Shown here: one piece after another, positions 13,610-27,370 of the stretch
How the letters are laid out: every line of letters starts with the position of its first letter
Position numbering within the stretch: position 1 is the first letter of the stretch
Assembly (NCBI GenBank): GCA_951406725.2
Contig: OX597816.1
Coordinates: 119,040,001 to 119,104,000 of the forward strand
DNA length: 64,000 nucleotides
Origin: Octopus vulgaris
Taxonomy: Eukaryota
Reading direction: 5' to 3'
Made by a program: the position numbers and the translations under genes
The notes under the pieces: generated by a model
The model's database searches: none
The model's input: the letters and a program-made list of their open reading frames with translations, nothing else
What the model was told of the DNA's origin: nothing

Positions 13610-15408
13610 TCAAATAAGATATATTGCTTATCCCCTAGACTTGCCAATGTAAAAAATATCGCCATAGGAATATGGATAAAGATGAGCTCCATCAGGTTTG
13701 GATACTGAAGGACGAAGTGTTTATCATGATGGCGTCCCTACGATTCTGTCATGAGCTGAGGATCCAACACCAAAGATAAGGATATTGTCAATTTAATCAG
13801 CCCTCAGTATTTTACGAGTATTTATTTTATTGACCTCACAATCATTCAATGTATTGCTTTTAAAGCAATAGAATGTATGGCTAATCAGTGAGATCAGCTT
13901 CAGATTCTAATCATTACAGCCCTCGTTTGTAATGATTTCTTCATCTGTAATTGTTTAATACAGTAACAACAACCTAAGTTCAAGCGCGTAGATGTATGTA
14001 TGTATGTATGTATGTATGTATGTATGTATGTATGTATGTATGTATGTATGTATGTATGTATGTATGTATGTATGTATGCTTGCATAAATGTATACACATG
14101 CACATATACGTGCATGCATACACACACATCAAATATAATTATAAATATACTTATGAAGAGAGAGGTATGGACATACATACACACTCAAACGCGTGTATAC
14201 ATGTGTTTGTGAGTATGTATAAACATATACATTACGAAACAGACTAACGCAAATATATACGCATACACAGATATATGCACATATGCGCATGTGTGTGTAT
14301 GTATAATGTAAATATAAGCTTGTGTATGATTATATATAAATATATATACGTACATATATATTATAGATGTGTATGAACATATATACATAAAATATACATA
14401 TATTTACACATACATATATATGTGTGTAAACACACACACACACACACACATATACAAACACACACCTTTACATATAAACTATTGGCCCGATTACGAATGG
14501 CACCTCGTTAAGTAGTTGGCTCTGTTCAAAGTAATTTCACTGGGATTGTAATTAATTTAGCAAAGTGATTTCATTTTATCTCGGGAAAATAACAAAACAA
14601 AACACTTAAAACAACAAAGACACGCCAAGTAATCAAATAAATAAATTCAATCATAGAAATAAGAAATAAATTTCCACTTTGATTTAAATGTTATTTTATT
14701 CTAATTCTTTTTGATTTTATTGTTATCTTTTTTTTTTAAATATTAGAAATTTTCGTTTTCGTTTCGTTCATATATTTGTAATTTTCATTTTGTTTATTGT
14801 TTGTATGTTTTATTTGCTTCTGTTTTCGTTCTTTCTTTCCTTCTTTCTCTTTTTCTGCTTTTTCTGTTCTTTTTCCTACCTTTCTGCTTCTTCTTCTCCT
14901 GCTCCTCCGATTCTCATCTTTCTTGTTCTTCCTCATTTCCTTCTTACTTCATACTCATCTCGTCTCCTCCTACGCATCTCCTCCTCCCCCGATTCATATC
15001 AACCTCCTTCCCTAACTCATATACAACTCCGCCACGTTTTCTCTCTCTCTCTTATTTAAGAAAAATGTTTATATTTTTACTTTTTTGTTCTTTGTCTTTT
15101 TTTTTTTGTTTTACACTCTTCAGATTGTTGATTAGCGGTTTCCTGTTCATTGTGGACTGTTCTTAAAACAAACATAATAAATAAACAAATAGACAAACAA
15201 ACAAACAGATAGACAGACAAATAGACAGGCATAGAATACGTAGTGAAATTGTAATAACATAGTGTTACTATGTAGATAAAGTAGGTGAAGTAATGAAATA
15301 GGAGGCGAGTGCTGAAAGGAAAAAAGATGGTGGCTTGTTTTTAAATGAAAGAAGAAGAAGAAGAAGAAGAAGAAGAAGAAGAAGAAGAAGAAGAAGAAGA
15401 AGAAGAAG

Positions 15409-15439
<31 letters not shown>

Positions 15440-15744
15440 GATTTGTGATTATAGAAGTTGATGACGAAGGGGAAAAGAAAAAGAAGAAATACATTATTGG
15501 ACTAGCCTGAAAGAATGGAGGACAGGTGCGTTCCTTTTAGGCCAAGCCCACATCGGCTTTTTCAAGTTCGACTTTGAAAGAGAAAAGAAAGTGGAGGAAG
15601 TGAGGGAAGTGTTCTCCCCAGTGATTTTGTTGAAGAGTAGAAGCTCTCCTGTATCAAGAGGACTGCATCATCCTATGTGTACTTTTTATTTCATCTCGTC
15701 CTCCACCTTCTCTTCGGTCATCTTTTTATGTATGGTTTAGTACA

Positions 15745-15970
15745 TATTACTCCGTAAGGAGCATAAGGTCGTTTCCCCGTTTCTCTAGTGTATATATTCC
15801 TCTCTAGGTGGAACGACGCCGGCTCGTTGCAGGATTACAATTTTACCAGCTGAGTGGACTGGAGCGACATGAAATGAAGTGTTTTGCCCAAGAACACAAC
15901 GCATCACCCGGTCCAGGAACCGAAATCACAATCTTATGATCATGAATCCAACACCATAACCACTAAGCCA
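15745..15970 (-). mobile_element. SINE, decayed
   Basis: Contains the shared CAGCTGAGTGGACTGGAGC...GTGTTTTGCCCAAGAACACAAC core and a reverse-complement tRNA-like head. Confidence 0.75.
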
Positions 15971-16299
15971 AACCCTACACAAATTTTAAACTATCCCTGT
16001 AATGACTATTCGGACTGCTTTTTAATTAGAAAATTCCAACAGCAGCTAAGGTTGCGTAACTTAGAGTATCACTCTTTGCTAGCAATTCTTATCGTCATCT
16101 TGGAAACCCAACTCACAGCTTCAGACTTAAGAGCCCTTGAAATTACTGTTATTGATGCCTTTTTCACAATACAGCAACTGATTGCTCGGAGTAGTTAACC
16201 AAAGTTCTTTATAGTTATATATGACCACTCTGGAAAGACGGCTTGTGTCATTGTATGCGGCGGACATTTACCAAAGGACATAGGACATACTTTACAATG

Positions 16300-16522
16300 A
16301 CACAAAAGGCTGTCAAACCTGTCTTGATATTCGTTTGAAAAAATTCTTCAGAATCTCACCAAAAGGCATTTTTTATTAAGGCACAAGACGCTGTCAAGCC
16401 TACCTTAACATTCATTTAAAAAATTCTTCAGAATCTCACCAAAAGAATACTTTGAGGCGCAAGACACTGTCAAGCCTGTCCTAACATTCGTTTTATAAAT
16501 TCTTCTGATTCTCACTAAAAAA
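16300..16522 (+). repeat. minisatellite, 76-81 bp unit, 3 copies
   Basis: CTGTCAA...AATTCTTC(A/T)GA(A/T)TCTCAC recurs at 16310, 16391 and 16467. Confidence 0.85.
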
Positions 16523-16934
16523 CTCAGTAATGTCTATCACATTAATCAAAATGAACGGGAGGACTGAAGTTAGAGATGTCTCTCTGGTGAATGGCAATTC
16601 GTCATGGCAGACAAAATGCTCTCAGTAGTTTTGTTATTAAAATGTGACAAACGGATGAAAGCAAAAACACAACTTCTCCATCGGTCACGATGAACGAGGC
16701 TATAATTATGATTTCTTACATTGGCACATGGCCACAAATCCGTTGAAATGATGAAGTATAGACGGCAACTGAATGGCGGTTTTTTTATAGACACAGGAGA
16801 GGTGAAAAGTAAAGTCGTTCCCTGCTAAATTTTAATGTGGAACACAGAGGGACTTTACTAAATATTGCCAGGCATTCACCTCGTCGCTCTATCGTTTCTG
16901 TCTCCCCTCAACTCTTGGGAGCAGATAATAATAA

Positions 16935-17118
16935 TGATAATTTCTACTATAGGTACAAGGCCTGAAATTTTTGGGGAAGGGACTAGTTGATTACATGGAC
17001 CCCAGTGTTTTACTGATAATTTATTGACTCCGAAAAGATGAAAGGCAAAGTCAACCTCGGTGGAATTTGAATTCAGAACGTCAAGACTAAGCATTTTGCC
17101 CTACGTGCAAGCCTGCCA
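16935..17118 (-). mobile_element. SINE, decayed
   Basis: GATGAAAGGCAAAGTCAACCTCGGTGGAATTTGAATTCAGAACG, same family as 37848-38334. Confidence 0.75.
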
Positions 17119-17419
17119 TGATGATGATGATGACGATGATGATAATGGAGCTGCTGCTGATTATGCTGATGATTTTTTTATTAGCCATCGTGGCTCAAAG
17201 GATGCAAAAAGAATACAAATAGCAAAATACAAAACATAGCGAGTAAGTTGCATGTGAAGTGGAAAGAGTGATAAAAACAAGCAATAGCAAAATTCCCTCA
17301 AATCCAATCCTTCAAAAGGAGAGATAAATGCTGAAGGCCAATCAAAGTAACTCCACAAATTCATGATGATCTTGTCTAGCAAAAGTGCTTTCATTCACAT
17401 TTCGTTTCCGGTCTACAAA

Positions 17420-17800
17420 TGCATAGTGAGAGTAGATCCGTCCTCATGTGCCATATTCGTTACATGTACCATATTCGCTACCCACCTTTCAAAGAATTTA
17501 CTGGGCGGTACCATCACCTTCGCTACCTCCATCTTCTTTTCCAAGGGAAACCTGATAAAGCTAATGAAGGCTTAGCTGAAGAGGAAAGTGTCTGTCTTTT
17601 GTTCTTTCAGTCTCGTCCACTACATACCCTCTTTCAGACAGAGGAAAGTGTGTATTCTTCTCAGTCATACCAAGACAGTAGAATGTTCTTCACGATAGAT
17701 TCGGCTGATAGACGAATCCTTCTCCCTTGCAACAACAGCTGTTCGACAAACCCACAAAAGTCAGAAATGCTCAGAAGCTTTGTGCACATCTCGAACAGAC
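17420..17800 (-). mobile_element. L1/Tx1-like LINE 3' fragment, decayed
   Basis: Minus strand gives ...WTRLKEQKTDTFLFS*AFISFIRFPLEKKMEVAKVMVPPSKFFERWV, resembling a Tx1/L1 ORF2 C-terminus. Confidence 0.5.
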
Positions 17801-18239
17801 TAGTCTGATGTTATACAGTACCCGTCCGGGCTGAAAGTTATCGCTAATAGACTTTTTAAATGACATTCGTCGACAAGGACATCAATAACGATTTTTAATT
17901 TCGGTACAAGGCCAGTAATTTTGATGGGTGGGATTAATCGATAGCATCCATTCCAGTACTTGAGTGATAAAAATAAAGTACTAGTCAAATAACGGTATGG
18001 ATGGCATTAACAAATCTCTTCCCTTCAAAACTACTGGTGTTGTACCTAAGTTAGAAACGAGAACATCAATAATGATATAGTTTATCTTTTTTACTTGTTT
18101 CAGTCATTGGACTGAACAACGACAACAACTACAGCAGCATCAGCAGCAACAACAACAACAGCAACAGCAATGACGACGATGATGATGATGATCATCATCA
18201 TGGACTGTCCCATCGAAAATGACTTATTAACGTTCAGCT

Positions 18240-18700
18240 GTTGCCGAACGACCCACACAAATGGTTTGTTTATAGTGATCACATGCTCGTGCTCATTCCT
18301 TCCATCAAATCAGCGTTGCCTGAGTAGGTGCACAGTGTACCACACGTCAGGTGTGGGGGGACATCATAGCCGTGTGTTGAGAAGAATTCTTTGGGGTTTG
18401 AATAATTTACCTCTAGAAACATGGGTGTTTTGTTCATCATCCTTAAACAACCCTTATTCTAGGACCTTTTGAGCAGTATGGGTTACTCGACCTGAAGAAA
18501 ATTCTAACTGGGTCCCACCTGTAAGGCCATGCGCTGTTTATTTTGATATGAGATCACCATGCCGTGCAGATATGGTTGTGATGCATGTGCCTGGTGTACC
18601 CTTATCAGACGGGTAGTCACGAAGGGTATATTGGGCTTCGTATATTTTACCCCAGTGTCACTTTGATGGAATGCACTGCTCTCTCACTTAATAATGATAA
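18240..18700 (+). mobile_element. unclassified interspersed repeat ending in (AAT)n, possibly a LINE 3' UTR
   Basis: High-complexity block bounded by trinucleotide runs and ending CTCTCTCACTTAATAAT. No ORF support. Confidence 0.35.
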
Positions 18701-20040
18701 TAATAAAAATAGTAATAATCCTTTCTTTTATAGGCACTAGGCCTGAAACTTCAAGGGATAAGGATAGTCGATTGCATCGACCCCAACACTCTGCTGACCC
18801 GGAAAGGATGAAAGGTAAAGTCAACTGCGGTTTAATTTGAACTCAGAACGTATTTTAAGCACCATATTTGAGAGAGATTTGTCTGCTATTTCTAGGAAAT
18901 TAAGCGTCCACATACAGCCTAATTTATAGGCCCAGTTTACGATGTCTATACGTTTAGCAACAACACCACACCAGATATATGACCAGTATGAAAGCATCAC
19001 ATTGCAAGATATAACAAGACATTGCGTTTCAGTGCTCTCGATAACGTGCAGATGTGAAGTGGTTACACAACGAAATTAACAACAAGGAGAACGAAATTAA
19101 CCTAAGATACCGCAAAAATACGGAAGCTAAAGAAAACAGTAAAACTACAATAAAACTGTTTGTCAGTAACTAGGACGGATCTTAAGCGTTTGAATCTAGT
19201 GTCAAATCCTACAAGCGAAAGTGGTTTTTTACGACGTGTGGTTCACCACAATGTAAAGTACTATTGTAGGCAACGTGTATGCATGTATGTATATATGTGT
19301 GTATGTCTGTATGTGAAAGCGGGAATATAGTTTGAGTCATCCATACATTAAGTCTAGTTCCTAAGTACCCCGCTCTCTCATTCACTTTTCTCTTTTTCTC
19401 TGTTTTTCTTTTTTTTGCCTTTTCCTTTTGTTCTCTCATCCTTCTGTCTATTTTTCTTTTAAACACTGTAAATCTTTTAATCTCTTTGTAAATCTTTTAA
19501 TCACTTTTTTCTTTTAATCTCAATGTAAATTATTTCCCCAGTTTTTCTCTAATTTCTGTACTTTCTTTTCTTTTCAGTTCTTTCTTTCTTTTTTTTCTTT
19601 CTTTCTTGCCAGCATCTTTCTTTTTCTCTCTTTTTCGCTTTCTCTCTTCCTTATTCTCTTCGCTTTCTTTTCTGTATACAACTCACGTTTCTTTCCTAGT
19701 TCCCTTTATCTATCTCTTGTTTCTCTTGTGTTTCCCATTCTACTTTCACTTTCACCCTTTATTCTTCTTTATTCCTTTCGTTGATCATTCTCCCGCCTCT
19801 ATTTCATCCCATTCATAGTCACTTCTAAAATCACATTCCCTACTGACTTATTCACCACCCCTTTCTTTCCCTTTCCCTATCTGACTCCCACTCTCTTTCT
19901 CAGCCTCTAATTCACTAGCCTACTCCCTCCTCTCTCATAGTCGCATCAGTCTTCTTAATACCTCGTATATTTTTTCTCGATATCTTTAGAAAATTTATGA
20001 CTAAATTTACGACCGTTTGCTGTTTGTTTAAAAACAATAG

Positions 20041-20153
20041 CTTCTTCTTCTTCTTCTTCTTCTTCTTCTTCTTCTTCTTCTTCTTCTTCTTCTTCTTCTT
20101 CTTCTTCTTCTTCTTCTTCTTCTTCTTCTTCTTCTTCTTCTTCTTCTTCTTCT

Positions 20154-20185
<32 letters not shown>

Positions 20186-20202
20186 GGTTGTTGCCGCAGC
20201 CG

Positions 20203-20247
<45 letters not shown>

Positions 20248-20342
20248 TTTCTTACTTTTCTTTCTTTTCGATAAATGGAGTCTTATAAACTGGGAGAAAC
20301 CTCAATCATGACGATTGATGATGACGATGGTGATGACGTTGA

Positions 20343-20374
<32 letters not shown>

Positions 20375-20405
20375 ATGATGATGACGACGACGACGATGAC
20401 GACGG
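20041..20405. repeat. compound (CTT)n(CTG)n(CTA)n and (GAT/GGT/GAC)n microsatellites
   Basis: Directly visible. Confidence 0.95.
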
Positions 20406-20604
20406 TAGCGACGCTGTTCCACTTTCACTTCGTTTTCTTCCTTCTACCCTTCATAATCTTACCCGGAATTTTCTCCTCCTCTTCTTTCAACATGCTATTC
20501 TCATCATTATCATATCGATATTAATAACAGTCGTAGGAGTAAAGCGGAATTTATACTTCTTCGGGCTGGGGTGGGGTGGGGAACAGATTGACAAAATCCA
20601 TGTC

Positions 20605-21620
20605 TTGAAAGGCTTGGTATCTTGGTAGGAAGGCATCTAGGTATGCTGGTATCTAAGCCTGCAGACACTGAGGTGCCCGGACGTTGATATATGCAGGCAT
20701 CAGTGTATATAGAAATCTAGGTATGCTGACATCTAGACATGGAAAAATATAGATATAGAGATAATTAAGCATGGAGACGTCTAGTCATGCAGAAACCTAG
20801 GAACGTTAGCATCAAAGCAAGTAGAAATTTTGACAGAAATAATAAGGAAATATTAAGGCGGCGAGCTGGTGGAATCGTTAGCACGCTGGGCGAAATGCGT
20901 AGCCGTATTTCGTCTGCCGTTACGTTCTGAGTTCAAATTCCGCCGAGGTCGATTTTGCCTTTCATCCTTTCGGGGTCGATAAATCAAGAACAAGTTACGC
21001 ACTGTTACGCATTCATCAAGGCATATAGGTACATATCTTGAAGACTTCTAGAGATGCAGACATCTAGTTATACAAGCATTTAAGTATGCAGGCATCTGGG
21101 CATGTATATACCTATGCATGAGACATTCATACAAGTTTTTAGTCATGTAGGTATTGATGTACGCAGGCTTCGAGGCATGCGTTTTTTGATGCTTGTTGAA
21201 ATCTAGTCATGTAAATATATAAGGGAGATAGGCATGCATACTTCTGGGCATGCGGGCATCTAAGTATACAGGTATCAATGCATACTAATAACTAGATATG
21301 CAGACAACTAGGTATGCAGGCATCTAGTGATACTGACAGTTAGGAGAGTAAACGTCTGGGTATGATGACATCTATTCATACAGATAAGACATGCAATCAT
21401 ATGAGTAGCACTAATTTGTTCATGCACTCATCTGTGCGTGCACAGATCTAGGCATGCAAACATCTAAGCATAAATGCAACTATTTGCAAACAGCTAGGTA
21501 TGCACATAGATATATATAGCGTGTAGATATATAGCAAGACACTTTTCTGAGTAAGAGGACATCTACGCTTCACAAAAGGATGAAAATATATAAACACACA
21601 TACATCTAGACGTTCCTTCA
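20605..21620 (+). repeat. degenerate minisatellite based on GGCATCTAGGTATGCA-like units
   Basis: Many variants of (G/A)CATCT(A)GG(T/C)ATGC. Interrupted by a SINE at 20855-21003. Confidence 0.7.
20855..21003 (+). mobile_element. SINE (GGCGGCGAGCTGG head family)
   Basis: AAGGCGGCGAGCTGGTGGAATCGTTAGCACG...GAGTTCAAATTCCGCCGAGGTCGA; reverse complement of 38200-38334. Confidence 0.85.
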
Positions 21621-21778
21621 ACGCAGTTATGCGGCAGCACGCATCAAAATCATATGAAAATAGACAAACATAATAAATGTAGACTCTGCATTTAGAGTTG
21701 CCTAATCGAAATATACACAGATATATACACATGCACACACTTATATATACACATGCACATATATACATATATATATAT

Positions 21779-22002
21779 TGGAAGTTCGAAATAGAGAGTA
21801 ATTAACAGTCGACAACTGAGGAGGGGGTTAGACTTCTTTTGGTATTTTGCCCCGTACTTGTCTCTCATTATGTTTACATATTTTTTCACTCGTTGGTGGT
21901 GTCCTGTTCTCAATGTATATTTTTTGGTAATTCGTTCTGTACTTATCACTCGTGTGTCTACGTAATTTTTATTCGTTGGTGATGTCCTGTACTTGATGTA
22001 TG

Positions 22003-22003
<1 letters not shown>
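21779..22003 (+). mobile_element. short non-autonomous element in (TA)n, Penelope-pLTR-like
   Basis: Flanked by (TA)n. Carries GAAA-N24-CTGAGGA and an internal duplicate TCGTTGGTG(G/A)TGTCCTGT. Confidence 0.4.
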
Positions 22004-22101
<98 letters not shown>

Positions 22102-23096
22102 TTATATGTTCTTTTATTCTTTTATTTGTTTCAGTCATTTAACAATAATAATATCCTTATTATTATTTGGTGCAAAACAAATCTAAACGCCGGCCGCCAG
22201 AGTTCAATGTGACGTGTTTTAATTTTTTTTCCTTTCGTTAAGTTATGCCGAAGAGAGTTGAAGCCCGCAGTCCAAATATCGAAACCATGGTACACGAATA
22301 CCCGAATGGCATTATCAACAACAACAACAACAACAACGACACCACCACCACCACCACCACCACCACCACCACCACCACAACAACAACAACAACAACAACA
22401 ACAAGAACAACAACAACAACAACAACAACATCGAAAAATAGGTTCGAAATTTATCCAAGATATCTGATGAAGCCGAATGTTGTGTTAAAAACAAAGATGA
22501 GGACAAATATCCGTCAAATGTAAATAATGTATTACGTTGCTTTCACGAATGTGACATCGAAATCACGCGTAAATGGCTCCTTTCCGCTAGAAAAGGAAAG
22601 ATTTGGCTGCTATTTATCGCAATTTATAATCGTTATTTATTGCAAATAGCTGTTATATGGTAGCAGGGCGTGCTAGAAATAGCAGCCAAATCTTTGGAGG
22701 TGAGATACATTAAATGCACTCGAAAAAAACTATTTCACATTGAGGTTACGAACGGGTCTTTAACAAAACATTTACCGTATTTTTAAAGTCATTTTTCTCT
22801 TTAGAATATTTTTAAAATATGTCAAGGAAAATGTTTGTAATGGTATTCACTTGAAAATAATTTTTAAAAACATTAAACTATTGTCTAATTTAAAGAAAGC
22901 TAAAATATAAATACTTACTGTACAAACAATGTTCATCTTTGAAATCACATTCACTTAAAAATGTTTCTAAATGATTAAAATATTGTGTTTAACAAAAGCG
23001 AAAGTAGAAACATTTACTGTAAAAAAAAAATCCTATTTTGAATAATACAGGTATAGAGACTATGTTCAGTACATTAAGTTTCTGTGTCATCAATTG

Positions 23097-23203
23097 GACG
23101 GTTGTTGCACGTCCTTAATTGTCACAAGTCTGGTGCGCGTAGCACTAATCGATGATGCTACACGTATTGGACTTGCAACAGCTGAAGAAGTGTAACGATC
23201 ATC
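23097..23203. repeat. indel-free imperfect hairpin (48-bp arms, 11-nt loop)
   Basis: 23097-23144 pairs with 23156-23203. Nearly all non-Watson-Crick positions are G.T or A.C. Confidence 0.8.
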
Positions 23204-23310
23204 GAATTCTGGAAACAAAAACTGAAAGCCTTGAATGTAACTCTCCATAACTATATCATTCAATAAATAGCGATATTGAGATCGACATTTTTGGCCTCAC
23301 ACGGCGTTTA

Positions 23311-23373
<63 letters not shown>

Positions 23374-23375
23374 GG

Positions 23376-23406
<31 letters not shown>

Positions 23407-24107
23407 AGAGAGAGATGTAAATACATATAGATATACTTAAGCATATTTGAATACATACATATACACACGCACACACCCATAAACAGAGAGGCAACCGTTA
23501 GAAAGAGTGGTACAGATAGGGTGTCTGATAGAGGAAAGGAAAGAAAGAGAGAGGGAGAGAGAGAGAGAGGGGGGAGGGAAAGAGAGAGGAGAGAAAAAAT
23601 AAAACAAATGATTAAATGTTTAAGTAATACAACGTAAACGGAAATGAAGGAATTGTTCTAAATTCGGTATGGACTAGGCTAATATTCATTTATAGAAGAA
23701 ATAACTGACGAGACAAATTTCAAAATAACATTAAAAAATTAAATGGAGATAAGGTTAAATTTTGATGGTTTACTTTATTTAAGACATAATCTGATCGAAA
23801 GATGCTAAGAAAATATACATATACTCAAGCGGTGCTTTAGTATGGCCGCAGTTAAATGACTGAAACAAGTAAAAGAATAATAGACACATACATATGCACG
23901 AACACGCACAAAAATTTATCAAGGACAATATCAGGATATTTATTCGTTCAGGAAGAACCAACGACAACTGAAACTAGTTAGGACAAACTCAACTTTTCTC
24001 CGAGAGACTTAAATTTCAATGCTATTGATATAACCTACATCAAATATTAGTTTATCATGGGTGAGACGCTACCTCACCGGAGTTATGTTACCTCTGCTAT
24101 ATTTTTG

Positions 24108-24155
<48 letters not shown>

Positions 24156-24252
24156 GGTACAATATGAAACAAAATACACGCACACACACACACAAACACA
24201 CACAAGCACACACAAGCACACACAGACACTCACACACATTAACACAGGCACA

Positions 24253-24298
<46 letters not shown>

Positions 24299-24555
24299 TC
24301 AGCTGTTTCTCATTGATTTCTCTGTATTCAACTTTTCCAAGAAGAAGGATTCTTTCTGAAGTGTAGAATTTTCTTCTTCACACGGCAAGTCCACTGTAAT
24401 AATTTTATCGATTTTTTACTATACATACATACATACATACATACATACATACATACATACATACATACATACATTCATTCATTCGTACATACATACATAC
24501 TTATATATGTGTAAATATATGTATATATATACGTACATATAGATGCATGTATATC

Positions 24556-24635
<80 letters not shown>

Positions 24636-24719
24636 TTCGAGACAAAACCACTATATGGCAAAACAAACAAGGAAAGACTTAATCAATACATAAAATTTTA
24701 ATATAAAGTAAATAAACCG

Positions 24720-24763
24720 CCACTACAATCGTTTCATGTCTTCAAATGACATTCGTCAGGTGG
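24720..24763 (-). ncRNA. minimal type I hammerhead ribozyme motif (inverted copy)
   Basis: Exact reverse complement of 24799-24842. Confidence 0.85.
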
Positions 24764-24798
24764 ATTTCCGATTTGAAACTGATTTGAAAATCGGAAAT

Positions 24799-24842
24799 CC
24801 ACCTGACGAATGTCATTTGAAGACATGAAACGATTGTAGTGG
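24799..24842 (+). ncRNA. minimal type I hammerhead ribozyme motif
   Basis: CCAC-CTGACGA-ATGTC-atttgaa-GACAT-GAAAC-gatt-GTA-GTGG: stem I CCAC/GTGG, stem II ATGTC/GACAT, stem III AC/GT, GUA cleavage triplet. Confidence 0.85.
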
Positions 24843-25010
24843 CGGTTTATTTACTTTATATTAAAATTTTATGTATTGATTAAGTCTTTCCTTGTTTGTT
24901 TTGCAAAATAGTGGTTTTGTCTCGAATTAATATTATATAATATTTTACTATAAAATTGGATTTAATCCTAAATCTGATTTTTTCCCTGTAAATTTGGATT
25001 TATTCCCTAA

Positions 25011-25087
<77 letters not shown>

Positions 25088-25515
25088 GCATATACATGCA
25101 CTTTTTTTTTTTTTAGCAAATAAAATAATTTGGTAGGCGAAGTCTTCATCAAAAGGTACGAGGCAAATCCAGCATATGCCTCTTGCTTATACATTATAAT
25201 TTTTCAAATCCATCGCGCAAGCGCAGTTTTTTGTCGGCAGTCAAAAAAATACCGCCATTTCTTCGAACAATTTTCCAGAAAAAAAATTATCAATAATTAA
25301 TAAAAAAAAAAGTCAGAAACTATGGTCCAGGAGATACATGGTAAATGTTTTAATTTTTCACTCCCTTCGAGGTTCTATCCCTAATAGTGGTTTCGAGTTT
25401 AGCTGTTCCTTCTAGCGTGAAAGGAATCCCATGACGGATACCTCTTGTGTGTTTGAGTGTATACTGTATTTACACAGGTAGTAAAAATTCTAAAATGTTT
25501 TTTACCCTGATATTA

Positions 25516-25649
<134 letters not shown>

Positions 25650-25922
25650 TTCTTACGTTGCAAACAGCAGAGGAGATATTTAAATACTGGATTAGGATGA
25701 ATTTCTGGCCTACGGTAATTTGCATAATTGTTCTAGGCCGAACGGAAATGAGCAAAGACAACCAGTAGCATAGATACGAACAATAATGACGATTTAAATT
25801 ATACCATATAGAACACACACGCACACATATTTATAGAGATACATATATATATACACACACACACACACACATATAAATATATATACATACACACATTTAT
25901 ATATGCATGTTTGTATGTATAA

Positions 25923-25976
<54 letters not shown>

Positions 25977-26136
25977 ATATGTGTGTATGTGTGTGTATGG
26001 TATGTGTGTGTTTTTGTATATATATTCACACACACACATGCCGCCGCGTGTGTGTGTTTATGTCACATATTGTTTCAATAAACTTATATATATATGTATG
26101 TATGTATGTATGTATACACAGATACACACACACACT

Positions 26137-26167
<31 letters not shown>

Positions 26168-26639
26168 TCATATTAACGATATAAACGAGTTTAATTTTCA
26201 TCAAGATTGGCTTAATTTAATTACAGTGCGTTATTGTTGATGGCGCTATTCGTGCTAATGGTGGTGGCGTAACGATAGATAGCGACGGCGATTATGATGA
26301 AGATAATGATGACGAAGATGATGATGGTTGTGGTGCTGATGATGTTGGTGGTGTTGGTGATGATGACTACAACGATTCTGCTGCTGCTGATGATAATGGT
26401 GACGATGATGATATTTCTATGTAAATAATTTAACGGTGTTCTGTTCATATGATTTGTCATCCCATATAAAATATATCTCATGATGGCTGTCAGAAGAAGA
26501 GAGTGTATAGTTTAATAGATGGATTATATCGAATCGAATTAATAATAATTCACTGATTCAGAAAGCAATGACTCTGTTGTTCATTTGTGCCACTATAAAA
26601 CATCCTGCACTGAATGTTCATTATGGCATTAAACACACA

Positions 26640-26706
<67 letters not shown>

Positions 26707-26997
26707 GCACATGCATACATAGAAAAACAGAGACATATGGACATATACACGCCCATAAACACACGCAAACACACCAACAAGCACACCTTTGGAAGCATGA
26801 ATATAAAATCTTTCTCAATCGAACACAAATCCAACCTTACATATTCATACATTATGCAGAGACGCACACGCGCGCGCGCGAATATACATACATAAAGATA
26901 TTTAGACTTATATGTAAATATATACATATAATTACATCCAAGAGATAAAAGTCGCATTATATGTGTGTATGTGTGTGTATGTGTGTGTATGTGTGTG

Positions 26998-27056
<59 letters not shown>

Positions 27057-27139
27057 ATAGATATACATATATGTATATATATATGGATATGTATATGTAT
27101 ATATATAGATATACATATATGTATATATATATGTATATG

Positions 27140-27170
<31 letters not shown>

Positions 27171-27328
27171 ACGTTCAAACATAGATAAATGTATATACAA
27201 TTGTGTGCAATACACATTTACAATTACTCATTCAGATGCATATACTTGTGTATGTACATAGCAATGTATCAATGTACAATTATGTATGTATGTATGTATG
27301 TATGTATGTATGTATGTATGTATGTATG

Positions 27329-27370
<42 letters not shown>

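Larger units (their letters stand above)
24623..25015. mobile_element. fold-back (inverted pLTR) Penelope-like element with 3' extension
   Basis: Arms 24623-24774 and 24788-24939 (152 bp, 2 mismatches), a 13-nt spacer and a unique ~75-bp extension. Flanked by (TA)n. Confidence 0.85.
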
